64,000 nt of DNA from contig NW_024704771.1 in NCBI RefSeq assembly GCF_018977255.1, forward strand, positions 3,348,001 through 3,412,000. The letters run 5' to 3'. The translations under genes were made by a program, and so were the position numbers. This document shows, in pieces, positions 23,721-35,376 of this stretch. Source of the DNA: Callorhinchus milii (taxonomy: Eukaryota). How positions within the stretch are numbered: the stretch's first letter is position 1; each line of letters starts with the position of its first letter. The notes under the pieces were generated by a model. The model did not search any database, was not told where the DNA came from, and saw nothing but the letters and a program-made list of their open reading frames with translations.

Positions 23721-25469
23721 AAATATAAATAAACATAAATCCTCCTTCTACTCCAAGATCATCCCGTTGGCCAAGGTCAACCCCAGGCTCTTCTTTTCCA
23801 CCACGAACCAGCTCCTTTGTCCACCTTCCCATGCCTTGCCCATCCTCTCCTCCAAGTGTAAGGAGATGATAGAACTTCCTTGAGTCCAAACTTGAGCCAA
23901 TCCCCTCTGCTTCCTCTGCCCTTTCCATTGCCGCCCCCCCCTCCAGTCCCCACCCATCTCTCCCCCATACCTTTGACCCTGTTTCTCCTTCTTCTCTTCA
24001 CCATTTCCCAAATGAATCCCACCACCTGCTCCCTTGACCTGACTTGGGCAAGTTTCCTTACGCCACATGCCTGAGAATAAACCCTCAAGAAAAAAAAACA
24101 ATAATAAATTGGTTACTTCAATCCATGACTGTTGTGGGACACTGCTGTGTGCAATTGGCTGCCGCATTTCGCCCACAAATATACAATCTGTGAAGACGTG
24201 AAAAGCACTATATCAAATGCAAGGATTATTATTATTATTGACCCCATCTCTATCCCTCTCCTTACGTCCCAGCTCCACTTCCTTGTCCCACTACAAATAG
24301 ACATTGTCAACCTTTCTCTGTCCACTGGCACCTTATTCATTCTCTTAAAAACCGCTGCCATCAAGCCCACCTTCATAAACCCCGAGCCATCTCTGTAATC
24401 CAACTACCTCCCTATCTCCTGCCTTTCTTTTCTCTTCAAGGTCCTGAAATGAGTCATTGTTTCCCAGTTTTGCTCTTTCCTCTCCCGACACTCCCTGTAT
24501 GAAACCCTCCAACCTGGAAACAGCCTTGGTCAAAGTTATAAATGACGTTCTATCCATCTGTAACCAGGGATCTCTCTCCATCTCCTTGTTCTTCTCGATC
24601 TCTCTGCTGCCTTCAATACTATCGACAACTCTATTCTTCTCCACTACCTGTCCTCTCAGGTCTTCAGGTGCAACTTGAATATGGGAAAGGATGAAAATGC
24701 CTCTCTCTCTCTGTGCTCTCTCTCTCTCTCTCTCTCTCTCTGTGCCTCTCTTCCTCCTTGCGCCTTTCTCTCTTTTCCTCTGTCTCTTTGTGTGCATCTC
24801 TCTCTGTGCCTCTCTCTGTGCGCCCCCCTCTCGCTCTCTCTCTCACTCACTCTGTGCCTCTCTTTCTCTCTCTCTGCATTTCAATACAGATTGCTCAGTC
24901 CGTGTTCTGCTGCCTCAATCATCACTCTCTTACCTGTGTTTATGATCATCAGAAACCCTGAAGATGCACTGAACTACAACAATCTTCCAGAGACTTCTTG
25001 CAGTGAGGGAGACCTTCTCTACAATTCAGTAATTCCAACAGATTGATCCTTCCTTTCAGTGCAGTAGAACTGCTACACTTTATGCAATACCTATATAGAT
25101 ATCCTTTGGTACTTCCGCAGTGCAATTTAGTGTTATTTGTTTACTTATTTATTCCAATTTGTCCAACTCAGCTCATTGTTATGCTTCCAAAACCTCAATA
25201 ACCATAAATTGAACTACTCTACTGAATGTAAACCATTTCACATACCTTGGCAGCTACCCATCAAAGAATGTGAACATCAATTATTTAATCGAGCATTAAT
25301 TTCTTAATTTCATTATATTTAAGTATTTGCCCACAAAGTGTAGAGACACTAGACTTTACTTGGGACCCTTCACTGAATTTACATTAACCAGCCTTGGAGA
25401 AGCTACACAGTGCCACACATGAGACATAAATTGTGGGAACCTAAGTGCCAATAAGGAGCCAATAGGGAA

Positions 25470-26145
25470 ACTCGTCGTCCTGTTTGACCCTCAACTGTCC
25501 TTCATCCCTCACATAAATGCCATGACCTACTCCGCCTTTCCCCACCTCTGCAACTGGCTCTCACCCCAGGCCGCCGAGACCCTCATTCATGCGTTCATCA
25601 CGTTCAGGCTCAACTATGCAAACTCCGTGCTTCTCATCCTTTTCACAGGCTGCAGATCGTCCGGATCTCTGCAGCCCGTGCCCTCTCCTACACGAGGCTC
25701 CACAACCCCATTACCCCAATCCTTGGCCGACTCCACTGGCTTCACATCATTCAGAGGATACAGTTCAAGATCCTGGTCATCGCCTTCAAAGCCCTACACG
25801 GCCTCACTTTTGCCTATCTCTTAACCCCCTACAACCTGTCCACGCCCTCCGTACACCGAGCTCCGACCTGCTTCACTCCATTATTGATTGGTGGGCTTTC
25901 AGCTTCTCTGCCCCCACCCTCTGAAATGCTATCCCACAGTTCTTCCACCTCGCCCCCCCCCCCTCCCTTGCCTCCTTCAAAATCCGTCTCAAGACCCTCC
26001 TCTTTGACCACACCTTTGGTCACCCTCATACTCCTACCCTCCCCACCCTCCAACCCTCCTGATCCCAAACACCAGCTCGGATCCCTTGCACCTTGGGACA
26101 TCCTCCTGACTTGAAAGGTGCTGGATAAGGGAAGGTTGTTGTTGC
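25470..26145 (+). mobile_element. L2 LINE 3' fragment
   Basis: Encodes PQAAETLIHAFITFRLNYAN; (gtt)n tail. Confidence 0.8.
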
Positions 26146-26859
26146 CAACCTGTCACTACATGCAAATTTACCTGTTGCAATGCCGAAAAATCGCATGTGC
26201 CGCACGGAACAGTGAACAAGTACGAAAGACAAAGTTTTGATGATCAGGCAATGCAGATCGCCCAACTAAATGCAAATTAGTCCCAATGTCTTTCAGGAGA
26301 AGTACCAGAGGCTCCAATTCTGTGAAATGATAAAGTGGCATTGCCTCCAAATTTAATTTGAAGCCACAGACTTGGAATGGGGGAGGTCAGACAGAGCGAA
26401 TTGAGGTGTTTACGTTTACTTGATTGATATTACGGTTAAAAGGGCAATAAAATGATTTGAGGTGTTTACATCTGACCTAACGTTTACTTGAAATGTGATT
26501 GATAATACGGTTACAGCATTAATAATGGAGCTTATATTTTATTAAAACAGATCTATTTTGACATCTGTTTGTTATACTGTTCATTGTATAGTACATGTTT
26601 TCTGCGTATAAAGTATACTACTGTGCAATAAAAAAAATAATTTGGTCACTCAATCCATGACAGCCAATTGCACACAGCAGAGGCCCACAAACAGTCGTGG
26701 ATTGGGTGACCCTATTATTATTATTATTTTTTATATATCCAAGTGCTGGGAGCAGGGATGGATTGCCCTTGATGGGGTTCCAGGGCTATCGTAGGTTTGG
26801 CAGCCCCTCTAAGGGAAAGCAAAAGAAACCAATAAAATTGTGGGGAATTGGCAGAGTGC

Positions 26860-27165
26860 TCAGGGTGCTGTTGGGCCACCTCTTGGAAGCCTCAGAGCTG
26901 ATCTGGGGGCCAGGCTGGGAGCTGGGCTCGGGTCTGGGCTGGGGCCCATGGGTGCCATGCTATAGGATGATATCAGTGATATTCTTTCCGCATCTTGTGG
27001 CTCCATTCCCCGATTGCTGTCTGTGTCTTTTCTCCCAGTTTGTCCTGTCGCTGTGTTTCCATTCTCTGTTCCTCCGACTGTGGCTTCACTTTCAGTCTCA
27101 GTCACTTTGCAGGTAAAAATGAAACAAATTCCCAAGGTCACAATAAGCAGGAGTCCTCCACAGAG
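26860..27165 (-). pseudogene. Orphan CALHM-like exon 2 (TM4 plus low-complexity tail); its exon 1 appears destroyed
   Basis: ttcgcag acceptor then LCGGLLLIVTLGICFIFTCK.. open for 102 codons, near-identical to 44701-44363. The upstream intron is cut by an ERV at 27576; only an exon-1 stub survives at 32483. Confidence 0.72.
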
Positions 27166-27575
27166 CTGCGAAATGTGGGAGAAAAGACAAAGAAATTGTT
27201 TCTGGTCTTCTCACATTTTGAAATCCCATCATCAAGAATATCCAAACCAAACTACTTAGATTTTCACATAATAAAACCATAATCCTTGCATTTGATATAG
27301 CGCCTAATCACATCATTGAGACGTCCCAAAGCACTTCACAGGCTGTATTGCAAATTGGTTTGATTGTATTTTGTGGGTCAAATGCGGCAGCCAATTTGTG
27401 GACAGCAGTGTCGCCCAAATAGCCATGAAACGAATAACTGATTTTGTTCCTCAGATTATAAAGACAAGCCGAGAAGGGGTGGCGGGGAAAGAAAGACAAA
27501 GGAGACATTTAGGTCGAGGACAAGAGATGATGAGATCAGAGGTGTTGATGCTGCAGGACATAATCTGCTCCCTTC

Positions 27576-30500
27576 TGTTAGAAAAGGTTGATTTCAATAT
27601 AATTTGTAAACAATATGGGAATTAATACCCATATATGCAAGACGGTACAGGGATAGGAGAGAAAGAAACTGTTAGTCCTAATTAGAAACTGTTAACATTT
27701 TAAGAATTTGCAGAATGAGCCATCCTGGTTCTAAAAGGTCAACGGTCAGTCAGTTGTGATGGAGAGGGAAGACATAAAACAGACAGAGACCGGCCCCAGC
27801 CTTGGAAGGAAAAAAGTAAGTTATCCTGTGTTGAAGAATAATGTGTAAGCTGCTTTGTGTCAAAAGGGGCTGCTTATCTAGAAGCTATGGCTACAAGGAT
27901 GTGCGAGGGTCGAGTATGTTGGTTACGCGCTAAGATGCTTGATTGGAGAAGTGGGGAAGTAAGACAGCAGATCCAGCCAGACATAGAGCGCAGCCGAACC
28001 ATCGGAGAGATGGTGCTGAAACCATCGCAACTGACTGACTGACTGACTGCTCGAAAACTGGAAGTGTAAGTTCTGTTACTTGCAGTGGAAGTATTATTTT
28101 ACTTCTTTTGTGTGTGTTACTTTGGTTAATAAATCTCGATTACACCTTAATTGGATTGTCGGGTCATTATTTGCACCTCGGGATCGGAAATCCCAACACA
28201 TTGGTGACCACGAAGGGACCCGACAAGTGATAGAGATTATCGTCATCAGTAACTGAGAGAGGCCGGAGAGCCATAAGAATAAACTCGGGCGTTTAAGTTG
28301 AGCATAGACCAAGGAAGGTCTACCTGATCGGACTCAGGGAGTCATAAGCATTGACTCGGAGTCACAAGAAGAAAAACTCGGCTAAGTTTTGTGTTATTCA
28401 ATAAGACTCGGGGAGTCTTGGCTGAAGTATTGGTTCGGGCAAGACTTGTGCAAAAACGCAGAACAGAAGGCCGATCATTTAGAAATACAACATCCAGGGG
28501 TCACCAAAACCCTTTGAACAGGGAATGACGTGGATAGAGGAGGGAGAAATAAACACAGGAGGAAAGAGTTGCAGATCTTTAGTCAAGTACGCCATGTGGA
28601 GAGGATGTTTGGGGACCCAGAGGAGAATTAAAGAAATTAGAAAAAGCATCAGGGGAAAAAGAGGATGAATTAAAGGGAGAGAGCGAGAAGACGTGCAATG
28701 GAGAAAACTCTGTTTGAAGTAAAGGAGAATGAATTAAAGGGAGAAAGAGAAAGACGTGAAGTAGAAATGATCCAATTAAGACAGACATCAGAGGAAAAGA
28801 AAACGAATTAAAAGAAAGAAGCGAAATAGAAAAATCTTTCTTGGAAGGAAAGGAGCGTGAAGTGGCTCAATTGAAGCGAGCCTTGGAGGAGAAAGAGCGA
28901 ATAAGATAGAATTGTACGCGGAAAGGGAGAAATACGGGCCAGAAAGGGCTCAATGGAGGGAAGTGGAAGGAAATTATCAATATAAAATAAGAGAAATGGG
29001 GATCTTAATGGACAGCCAGCAGGGAGCGCTGAACTTAGCTAATGCCGAACAGTGAAGCAATGAAGAGAATACATGGCTGGTGAAGCAACTTATGGACAAA
29101 AATAAGGAGTTAAAAGAAAAGTTAGAAGATGCGAGGGGAGCAATCCGGGAATTTATAGAACAGACTAAAGGAAAGGAATGTGACCATCGACAATGTCAAA
29201 TAGAAATACAAGGATTGAAACAAAAGCTTAGGGGAAGACAGGTTATGGTAGAGGCTGTAACAGGAGGAAGAGATAGTTTAGAAGATAAAACCTCCCGATG
29301 CCAGGTTGACGAGGGATATGATCCCCCTCAGGTCTCCCTAATGACACGCATGTTGGAGTATGATGGCGACAGAGACGCTATAGCCAGACGCCGAAATCAC
29401 AGTAGGGCATTGAATAGCGGAGAATGTGCAGACTATGCTCGAGAGTTGGGACCGATCAACGGTAAATCCAAACCAACTGAGGTGAATATCCGATGGACGC
29501 TGTTAAAGGATTGTCATCCTGAATTGGAGGATGCAGACCTCAGGCGTATTCTGTTGGCTTCTCTCAGTACTGAGTTAAAGAATAAAATACCCTGTGTAAA
29601 TTTCGCCACGACCGTGCCATCCGCTGACTTTATGATTGCCGTCAAACAGGCACTGGGTGTAGGTACCTCCTGGGAACGTGTACACTGAATTGGGGAAAAC
29701 ATCACAGGTCAAGCATGAAAGTCCACGGGCATTCCATGAGCGTCTGGTGGAACTTTATTGTCCAACTCAGGGGAATAATCCAGATCAGACCGCAATCACA
29801 GACATGGAGGGATATAAAAACCAATTTCTCCTAAAATTGTTACTATCTATTAAAATGGCCCTAGGAGTATTGGTTAATCCGCGCACTGGTTGGAAGAAGT
29901 TATGGAGAGGACTGAGCAAGCCAGGATCACAACAGCCCCACTGGCATGTTGGAGGTTAAAAGAGAACTACAATCGGTCCATGAGGTAGAAGGACAGAGTC
30001 CCATGAATAACCCCGGAAAAGGGAGAAATTAGTGAGGACAGAATAGATCATATGGACGTAACAATCGCGGCGGAGGCCAAGGTTATTAGGGGCCAAGAAC
30101 GTGGACGCGGTCAAGGTGTCGGGTATAACTCAGGGGGGCATCCACAACCTGAAGCAGGTCAATGTTTTGCTTGAGGTCAGAACGGGCATTGGGCAAAAGA
30201 ATGGCCGAGTCAGACACAGGGCGGTAACCAATCGACAGAACAGTTACAGGCTCAGACAGATCAACTTCAGGATGTTGTGCAGAAAATGGGGGCACCAGAC
30301 AAATTACTGGGGGCCGCTCGATTGGCCAAGTGGCTGAAGTAAATTCCCCCGCCCCGTGTCCGCTATTATTAACCCTCCAGGAGGCGACTGGAGGTGGTCC
30401 TCAAATCAGTAAAACCTCCCGTTCCTCACCCTTAAAAGCTACTGTAAAACCACAGGCAGCTTTGGTCGGGGAATCTAGACAGGATCCTGTGTCACATACA

Positions 30501-31330
30501 CAGCGTCACAGAAAGGTGCTGCAGTTGGAGGAACAACTGAAATGTGAAAGAGAGATGTTGGGAGAAACTAAACAGGGATCTGAGAAGTTTAACTCAGAAC
30601 CAGATGAAGCAAGAAAAGAAATGTATAATAATAATAATAATCGTTGCACTTGATATAGCGCTTTTCACATGGGGAGGACGTCCCAAAGCGCTTCACAGAA
30701 CACACTGTAAAGTGAATTGACTGCAGTATATTTGTGGGCGAAACGCGGCAGCCAATTGCGCACAGCAATGTCCCACAGACAGTCGTGGATTGAAATGACC
30801 AATTCATGATTGATTTTTGTTTAGGGATTATTATCAGGCTTTTTGATAGTGTTCAACGAGAGACAATAAAAGCAAATGAATAATAATTAATAAAAATAAT
30901 AATATAACCTGGGCGTCAAATTTGGAAGAAAGATTGGGACAAATGGTTACTTCTGAATTTGAAAGATTACAGAAGGAGTTGAAAGCAATGAGACAACTGA
31001 TGGTGCAACATATAGATCCTTGTGTCTCACCGATATGCCTCCAGACCAAACAGGGAGATGACTTTTTGGCTAATCTGGAAGCCCTCAAACAGTTTAGTTT
31101 CCTTGATACTCGTGAGGAGTCCGGACGGGTCAAAATGCTGTTCTCTCAAATAAAGAGATTAACGAGAGTTGAGGGAGAGAGTAGGGTGGGTTCGTTGAAA
31201 AAAACACAAGAGAAAAGAAATTGATGCAGCGCAGCAACTTTAAACATCGCAGACTGCAGCCACCGACTCCGAGCAGTTTGAATTCACTGCCCGCTCGCGC
31301 TCTGGTTTGTGTAAACACTCACTGACCCAA
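27576..31330 (+). mobile_element. Defective ERV/LTR retroelement: 5' LTR, tRNA-Arg PBS, decayed gag, extra coiled-coil ORF; no pol or 3' LTR seen
   Basis: LTR 27576-28198 (tgtt...aaca, AATAAA 28128-28133); PBS tggtgaccacgaagggac at 28202-28219 (one mismatch to the tRNA-Arg PBS TGGCGACCACGAAGGGAC); capsid MHR-like QVKHESPRAFHERL near 29705; degenerate zinc knuckle CFA*GQNGHWAKEW near 30163. Confidence 0.82.
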
Positions 31331-31559
31331 CTCGGGACGTCCTCCCGACGTGAAAGGCGCTCTATAAATGGAATCTTGTTGTTGTTGTTGTTGTTGCTTC
31401 GAGCTGACCAGCACCGGCTGCTCAGAGAGGGTCAATAAACCCTTTGGTTTCCACGTGAAGCGGCTCTATTTTTGCAGCTAATGATCATGTTCGAGCTACA
31501 ATTGATTCCCTGGTAAACCTGTTAGTGCAAGTACCTTGAGGCAGTAGCACACATAGATC

Positions 31560-31850
31560 AAACTTCTACTCCACAAATATACAGTCTGTCCATGTCCTGT
31601 TGCAGTCTGCTACAGCCCTCCTCGCCATTTATTACTGTTCTAAGCTCTGTACCATTTGCAAACTTGGAAATTGTACTCCCTATACCCAAGTCCAGGTCAT
31701 TTATATAGACCAAAAAAGCGGTGGTCCTAATACTGTCCTTGGGGAACACAACTCAATACTTACTTCCAATCTGAGAAACAACCGTTCACCACCACTATCT
31801 GCTTTTTGTCTCCCACCCAGTTCGGTATCCATGCTGCGACTGACCCTTCA
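31560..31850 (-). mobile_element. CR1 LINE RT fragment
   Basis: FLVYINDLDLGIGSTISKFANGTEL...LQQDMDRL resembles the CR1 'INDLD..ISKFADDTKL' RT signature. Confidence 0.8.
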
Positions 31851-32424
31851 ATACTGTGGGCGTCAAGATTTCAATTTCCTCGCACTTGTAATTCAAATCC
31901 CTTCATGCCCTGACACCTCCCTACCTCTCCGACCTCTGCGGAACCCCAATCCCCAACCCACTGCCTTCACTCAACTGGTTCCGCCTTCTGCACATCCACG
32001 ATGCCCTCCATTCCACCATCGGTGGCCACGCTTTCAGCCACTTCACCCCGAAACTCTGTAACACTCTTCCTCTCTCCCTCCGCCTTGCCCCCTCCTTCCC
32101 CAACTTCAGGTCCCACCTGAAGACCTTCTCTTCGACCATGCCTACAGGTATCTCCCCCATCCCCCCAGCTCAGTGTTGAGCTCCGCCACTGTCAAGTACT
32201 CTGTGACGCTACCCTGCAAGACGGGTACTGAGGAAATGCAAGTTGTTGTGGGTGGGGTCAAACCCACACGAGCCTCCTTGAAGGGTTACATAAATGCACG
32301 GCGGTTGGGGAGTGCTGCAAATAGGAAGTTGAATGAGTCGCATAACTGACTGATGCAATCTTACGGCAAGATACGAGTGATAGCTGTAATTGGGTCGGGC
32401 GAGTGGGGGGGGAGCGGAGGAAGT

Positions 32425-32483
32425 GCAGCAGTTATTAAAATCTTTTGCGCGACTTTTCCTCGCAAACCTTCCAGAACTTCCAT
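32425..32483 (-). pseudogene. CALHM-like exon 1 stub (MEVLEGLRGKVAQKILITAA)
   Basis: Aligns with MEFLNGVGGKVTEKILITTG at 38594; its upstream sequence resumes at 33241 after an L2 insertion. Confidence 0.7.
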
Positions 32484-32491
32484 TGTGCTGC

Positions 32492-33240
32492 TGCAGGTCA
32501 TTCAGAACTCTGCAGCTCGTGTACTGTCCCGCACCAGGCTTCAGGACCACATCACTCCCACCCTCGCTCGCCTCCACTGGCTCCCCATCCCCCAGAGGAT
32601 TAATTTCAAGATCCTCATCCTCACCTATAGGGCCATCCACGGCCTCGCTCCCTCCTACCTCTCTGACCTACTATCCCCCTACCTACCTGCCCGTACCCTC
32701 CGTTCCTCCGGCTCCGGTCTGCTCCACGTCCCCCGCCCCAATCGCCCTACCATCGGTGGTCGGGCCTTCAGTCTCTCAGCCCCCAGGCTCTGGAACTCCA
32801 TCCCCCAGTGCCTTCGCCTTGCTTCCTCCCTCTCCTCCTTCAAGGCCGGTCTCAAAACCTTTCTCTTTGACCGAGCCTTCAGCTCCCCTCTCGACTCTCT
32901 ACCCTCTCCTCGCTCCCTCCCTTCCCTCCCCTCACCCTGACCATTTTCCCCCCTCCTCGCTCCCTCCCTTCCCTCCCCTCACCCTGACCATTTTCCCCCC
33001 TCCTCGCTCGCTCCCTCCCTTCCCTCCCCTCACCCTGACCATTTTCCCCCCTCCTCACTCCCTCCCTTCCCTCCCCTCACCCTGACCATTTCCCCCCTCC
33101 TCGCTCCCTCCCTTCCCTCCCCTCACCCTGACCATTTCCCCCCCTGCTCGGGTCCTGACCCAACTGTGCAGTGCCTTGGGACGTCCTCCTGACGTGAAAG
33201 GCGCTTTATAAATGGAATCTTGTTGTTGTTGTTGTTGTTG
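32492..33240 (+). mobile_element. Young 5'-truncated L2 LINE with an expanded about 40-bp 3' repeat
   Basis: Open ORF2 C-terminus LQVIQNSAARVLSRTRLQDHITPTLARLHWLP..; about 6 tandem units tcctcgctccctcccttccctcccctcaccctgaccatttccccc; (ttg)n tail. Confidence 0.9.
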
Positions 33241-33379
33241 CGCGCTTAGCATCACCATACACCAACCAGTGTTGACAAATTTACTTGACACCACATCAAA
33301 TACCATCGCTTTGAACAGACAAATCAGCTACGCTGTATCCCTTATACACCGGGCAGCGGACAGAATCACGATCATGTTT

Positions 33380-33970
33380 ACAACAACAACAAGATTCAAT
33401 TTATAGAGCGCCTTTCACGTCGGGAGGACGTCCCAAGGCGCTGGACAGTTGGGTCAGGACCCGAGCAGTGGGGGAAATGGTCAGGGTGAGGGGAGGGAAG
33501 GGAGGGGGCGAGGAGGGGGTAGAGAGTCGAGAGCGGAGCTGAAGGCTGAAGGTCAAAGAGAAAGGTCTTGAGACCGGCCTTGAAGGAGGAAAGGGAGGAA
33601 ACGGCGAAGGCACTGGGGGATAGAGTTCCAGAGCCTCGGGGCTGAGAGGCTGAAGGCCCGACCACCGATGGTAGGGCGGTTGGGGCGGGGGATGTGGAGC
33701 AGACCGGAGCCGGAGGAACGGAGGGTACGGGCAGGTAGGTAGGGGGACAGTAGGTCGGAGAGGTAGGAGGGAGCGAGGCCGTGAATGGCCTTGTAGGTGA
33801 GGATGAGGATCTTGAATTCGACCCTCTGGGGGATGGGGAGCCAGTGGAGGCGAGCGAGGGTGGGAGTGATGTGGTCGCGAAGCCTGGTGCGGGACAGTAC
33901 ACGTGCTGCAGAGTTCTGAATGACCTGCAGCTTGTGGAGGGAGGTGCCGGGAAGGCCGGCGAGGAGAGAG
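33380..33970 (-). mobile_element. Young 5'-truncated L2 LINE, inverted relative to 32492-33240
   Basis: Same ORF2 C-terminus and tail on the minus strand. Confidence 0.9.
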
Positions 33971-34329
33971 AGGTCCCATAGTTTACTCACTACTCCTCTT
34001 TCAGATTTAATGGTCACTTTCTTACTGGAGGTAAATTCCCTCGCCCTGGTACATGTAAAGTAGATTCAATAGTGATTATACCGGGAAGAGCACTGACAAC
34101 TCCCAACTATCTCAAAGTTACATCTTTCTTTTACATGTTTCTAACTCCGCTTCCCTTCGTCGCAGAGATAGCCCCCACCCTTCACAGGCTGCTTTGCACA
34201 GAGGGAGAGATATGGACAATTTCTGGGCAGCCTTCCACAGCCTGCTTGCTTTTCAGCCTTAAGTTAGGCGGGTGTTGAGGCTGCAGCCGTTTAATCAGAA
34301 GCTGACGTCAACCCGTCCAGCAAAGCTAC

Positions 34330-35185
34330 TGGATGAGGGCAAATTTCCTACAGCTAAATGTGAACAAGACTGAGGTCCTCCCGATCGGCTCACGCCAGCG
34401 CCTCAGCACCTCAGGCTCTGGCAGCGTCAACCTTCATGGTTGCACACTACAACTCACCAGCCATCAGGAACCCGGGTGTCTTGTTCGACCCTCAACTGTC
34501 TTTTCTCCCACACATTCAAGCCATGACCCGTCTGCCTTCCCTCACCTCCGTAACATCGCCCGACTCCGCCACTACCTCACCCCTCAGGCCACTGAAACTC
34601 TCGTTCATGCCCTCATCACCTCCAGGCTCGACTATGCAAACTCCCCGCTTGTCGGCCTTCCCAACTCCTCCCTCCACAGTCTGCAGATAATCCAGAACTC
34701 TGCCGCCCGTGTCCTCTCCCGCACCAAACTCCGTGACCCCATCTCCCCCACTCTCGCCCGTCTCAATTGGCTCCCTATCCTTCAGAGGATCCAATTCAAA
34801 AATCCTGGTCCTCACCCACAAAGCCCTCCATGGCCTCGCCCCACCCTACCTCTGCGACCTCCTAACCCCCAATAAATCCGCCCGCTCCCTCCGCTCAGCC
34901 GACTTCAGCTTGCTTCATGTCCCCCGACCCACCCGTCCCACGATTGGCAGGAGAGACTTCAGCCAATCTGCCCCCAACCTCTGGAACTCCGTCCACCAAT
35001 CACTCTGACCCGCCCCCTCCTTAGCCTCCTTTAAGTCCCGCCTCAAGACCCTCTTCTTCGACCATGCCATCAGTCACCCCCTTTCCCACCCCTCCCTCCT
35101 CCCCTTGACCCCAGCTCGGATCTGAAATGCTGTACACTGTCCAACGCCTCCCGTTAAAGGTGCTATACAAACGTAATCTTGTTGT
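34330..35185 (+). mobile_element. L2 LINE 3' fragment
   Basis: Encodes [34 protein letters not shown]. Confidence 0.85.
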
Positions 35186-35376
35186 TTGTGGGACACTGCT
35201 GTACCCAATTGGCTGCCACATTTCGCCCAAAATATACAATCAATTCACTTTACAGTATATTCTGTGAAGCGCTTTGAGGCGTCTCAAAGGCGTGAAAAGC
35301 GTTACGTCAAATGCAAGGATTATTATTATTATTGTGACTCCGTTTTCTGATTGCCTTCTGTGTCTTCACTCCCAGT

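Larger units (their letters stand above)
19557..25046 (+). pseudogene. Ig-superfamily receptor (leader-V-C2-TM-ITIM tail; CEACAM/HEPACAM/CD2-like) with reading-frame lesions
   Basis: Leader 19557-19617 (61 bp, phase 1; MADPNCFLNLALFCGLCLLR-VFA/Q); V exon 21023-21351 (329 bp, 1-bp frameshift near NRS; SDQAIYSF); C2 exon 21984-22244 (PVSAPNI..LVC..W.K..LSSDNTTL..NGNFSCSVEN.VS); TM exon 22630-22723 (in-frame TAG at 22698-22700); tail exon 24953-25046 (LNYNNL and LLYNSV). Confidence 0.78.

Noticed and set aside
29080-29959. Domesticated gag gene
   Set aside because: Multiple stops and frameshifts and a mutated zinc knuckle indicate a decaying provirus.
32353-33085. 195-aa and 231-aa ORFs as host genes (also 33396-34017, 34333-34875, 60855-61546)
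   Set aside because: They are L2 ORF2 C-terminal fragments and their alternative frames, repeated many times in the window.
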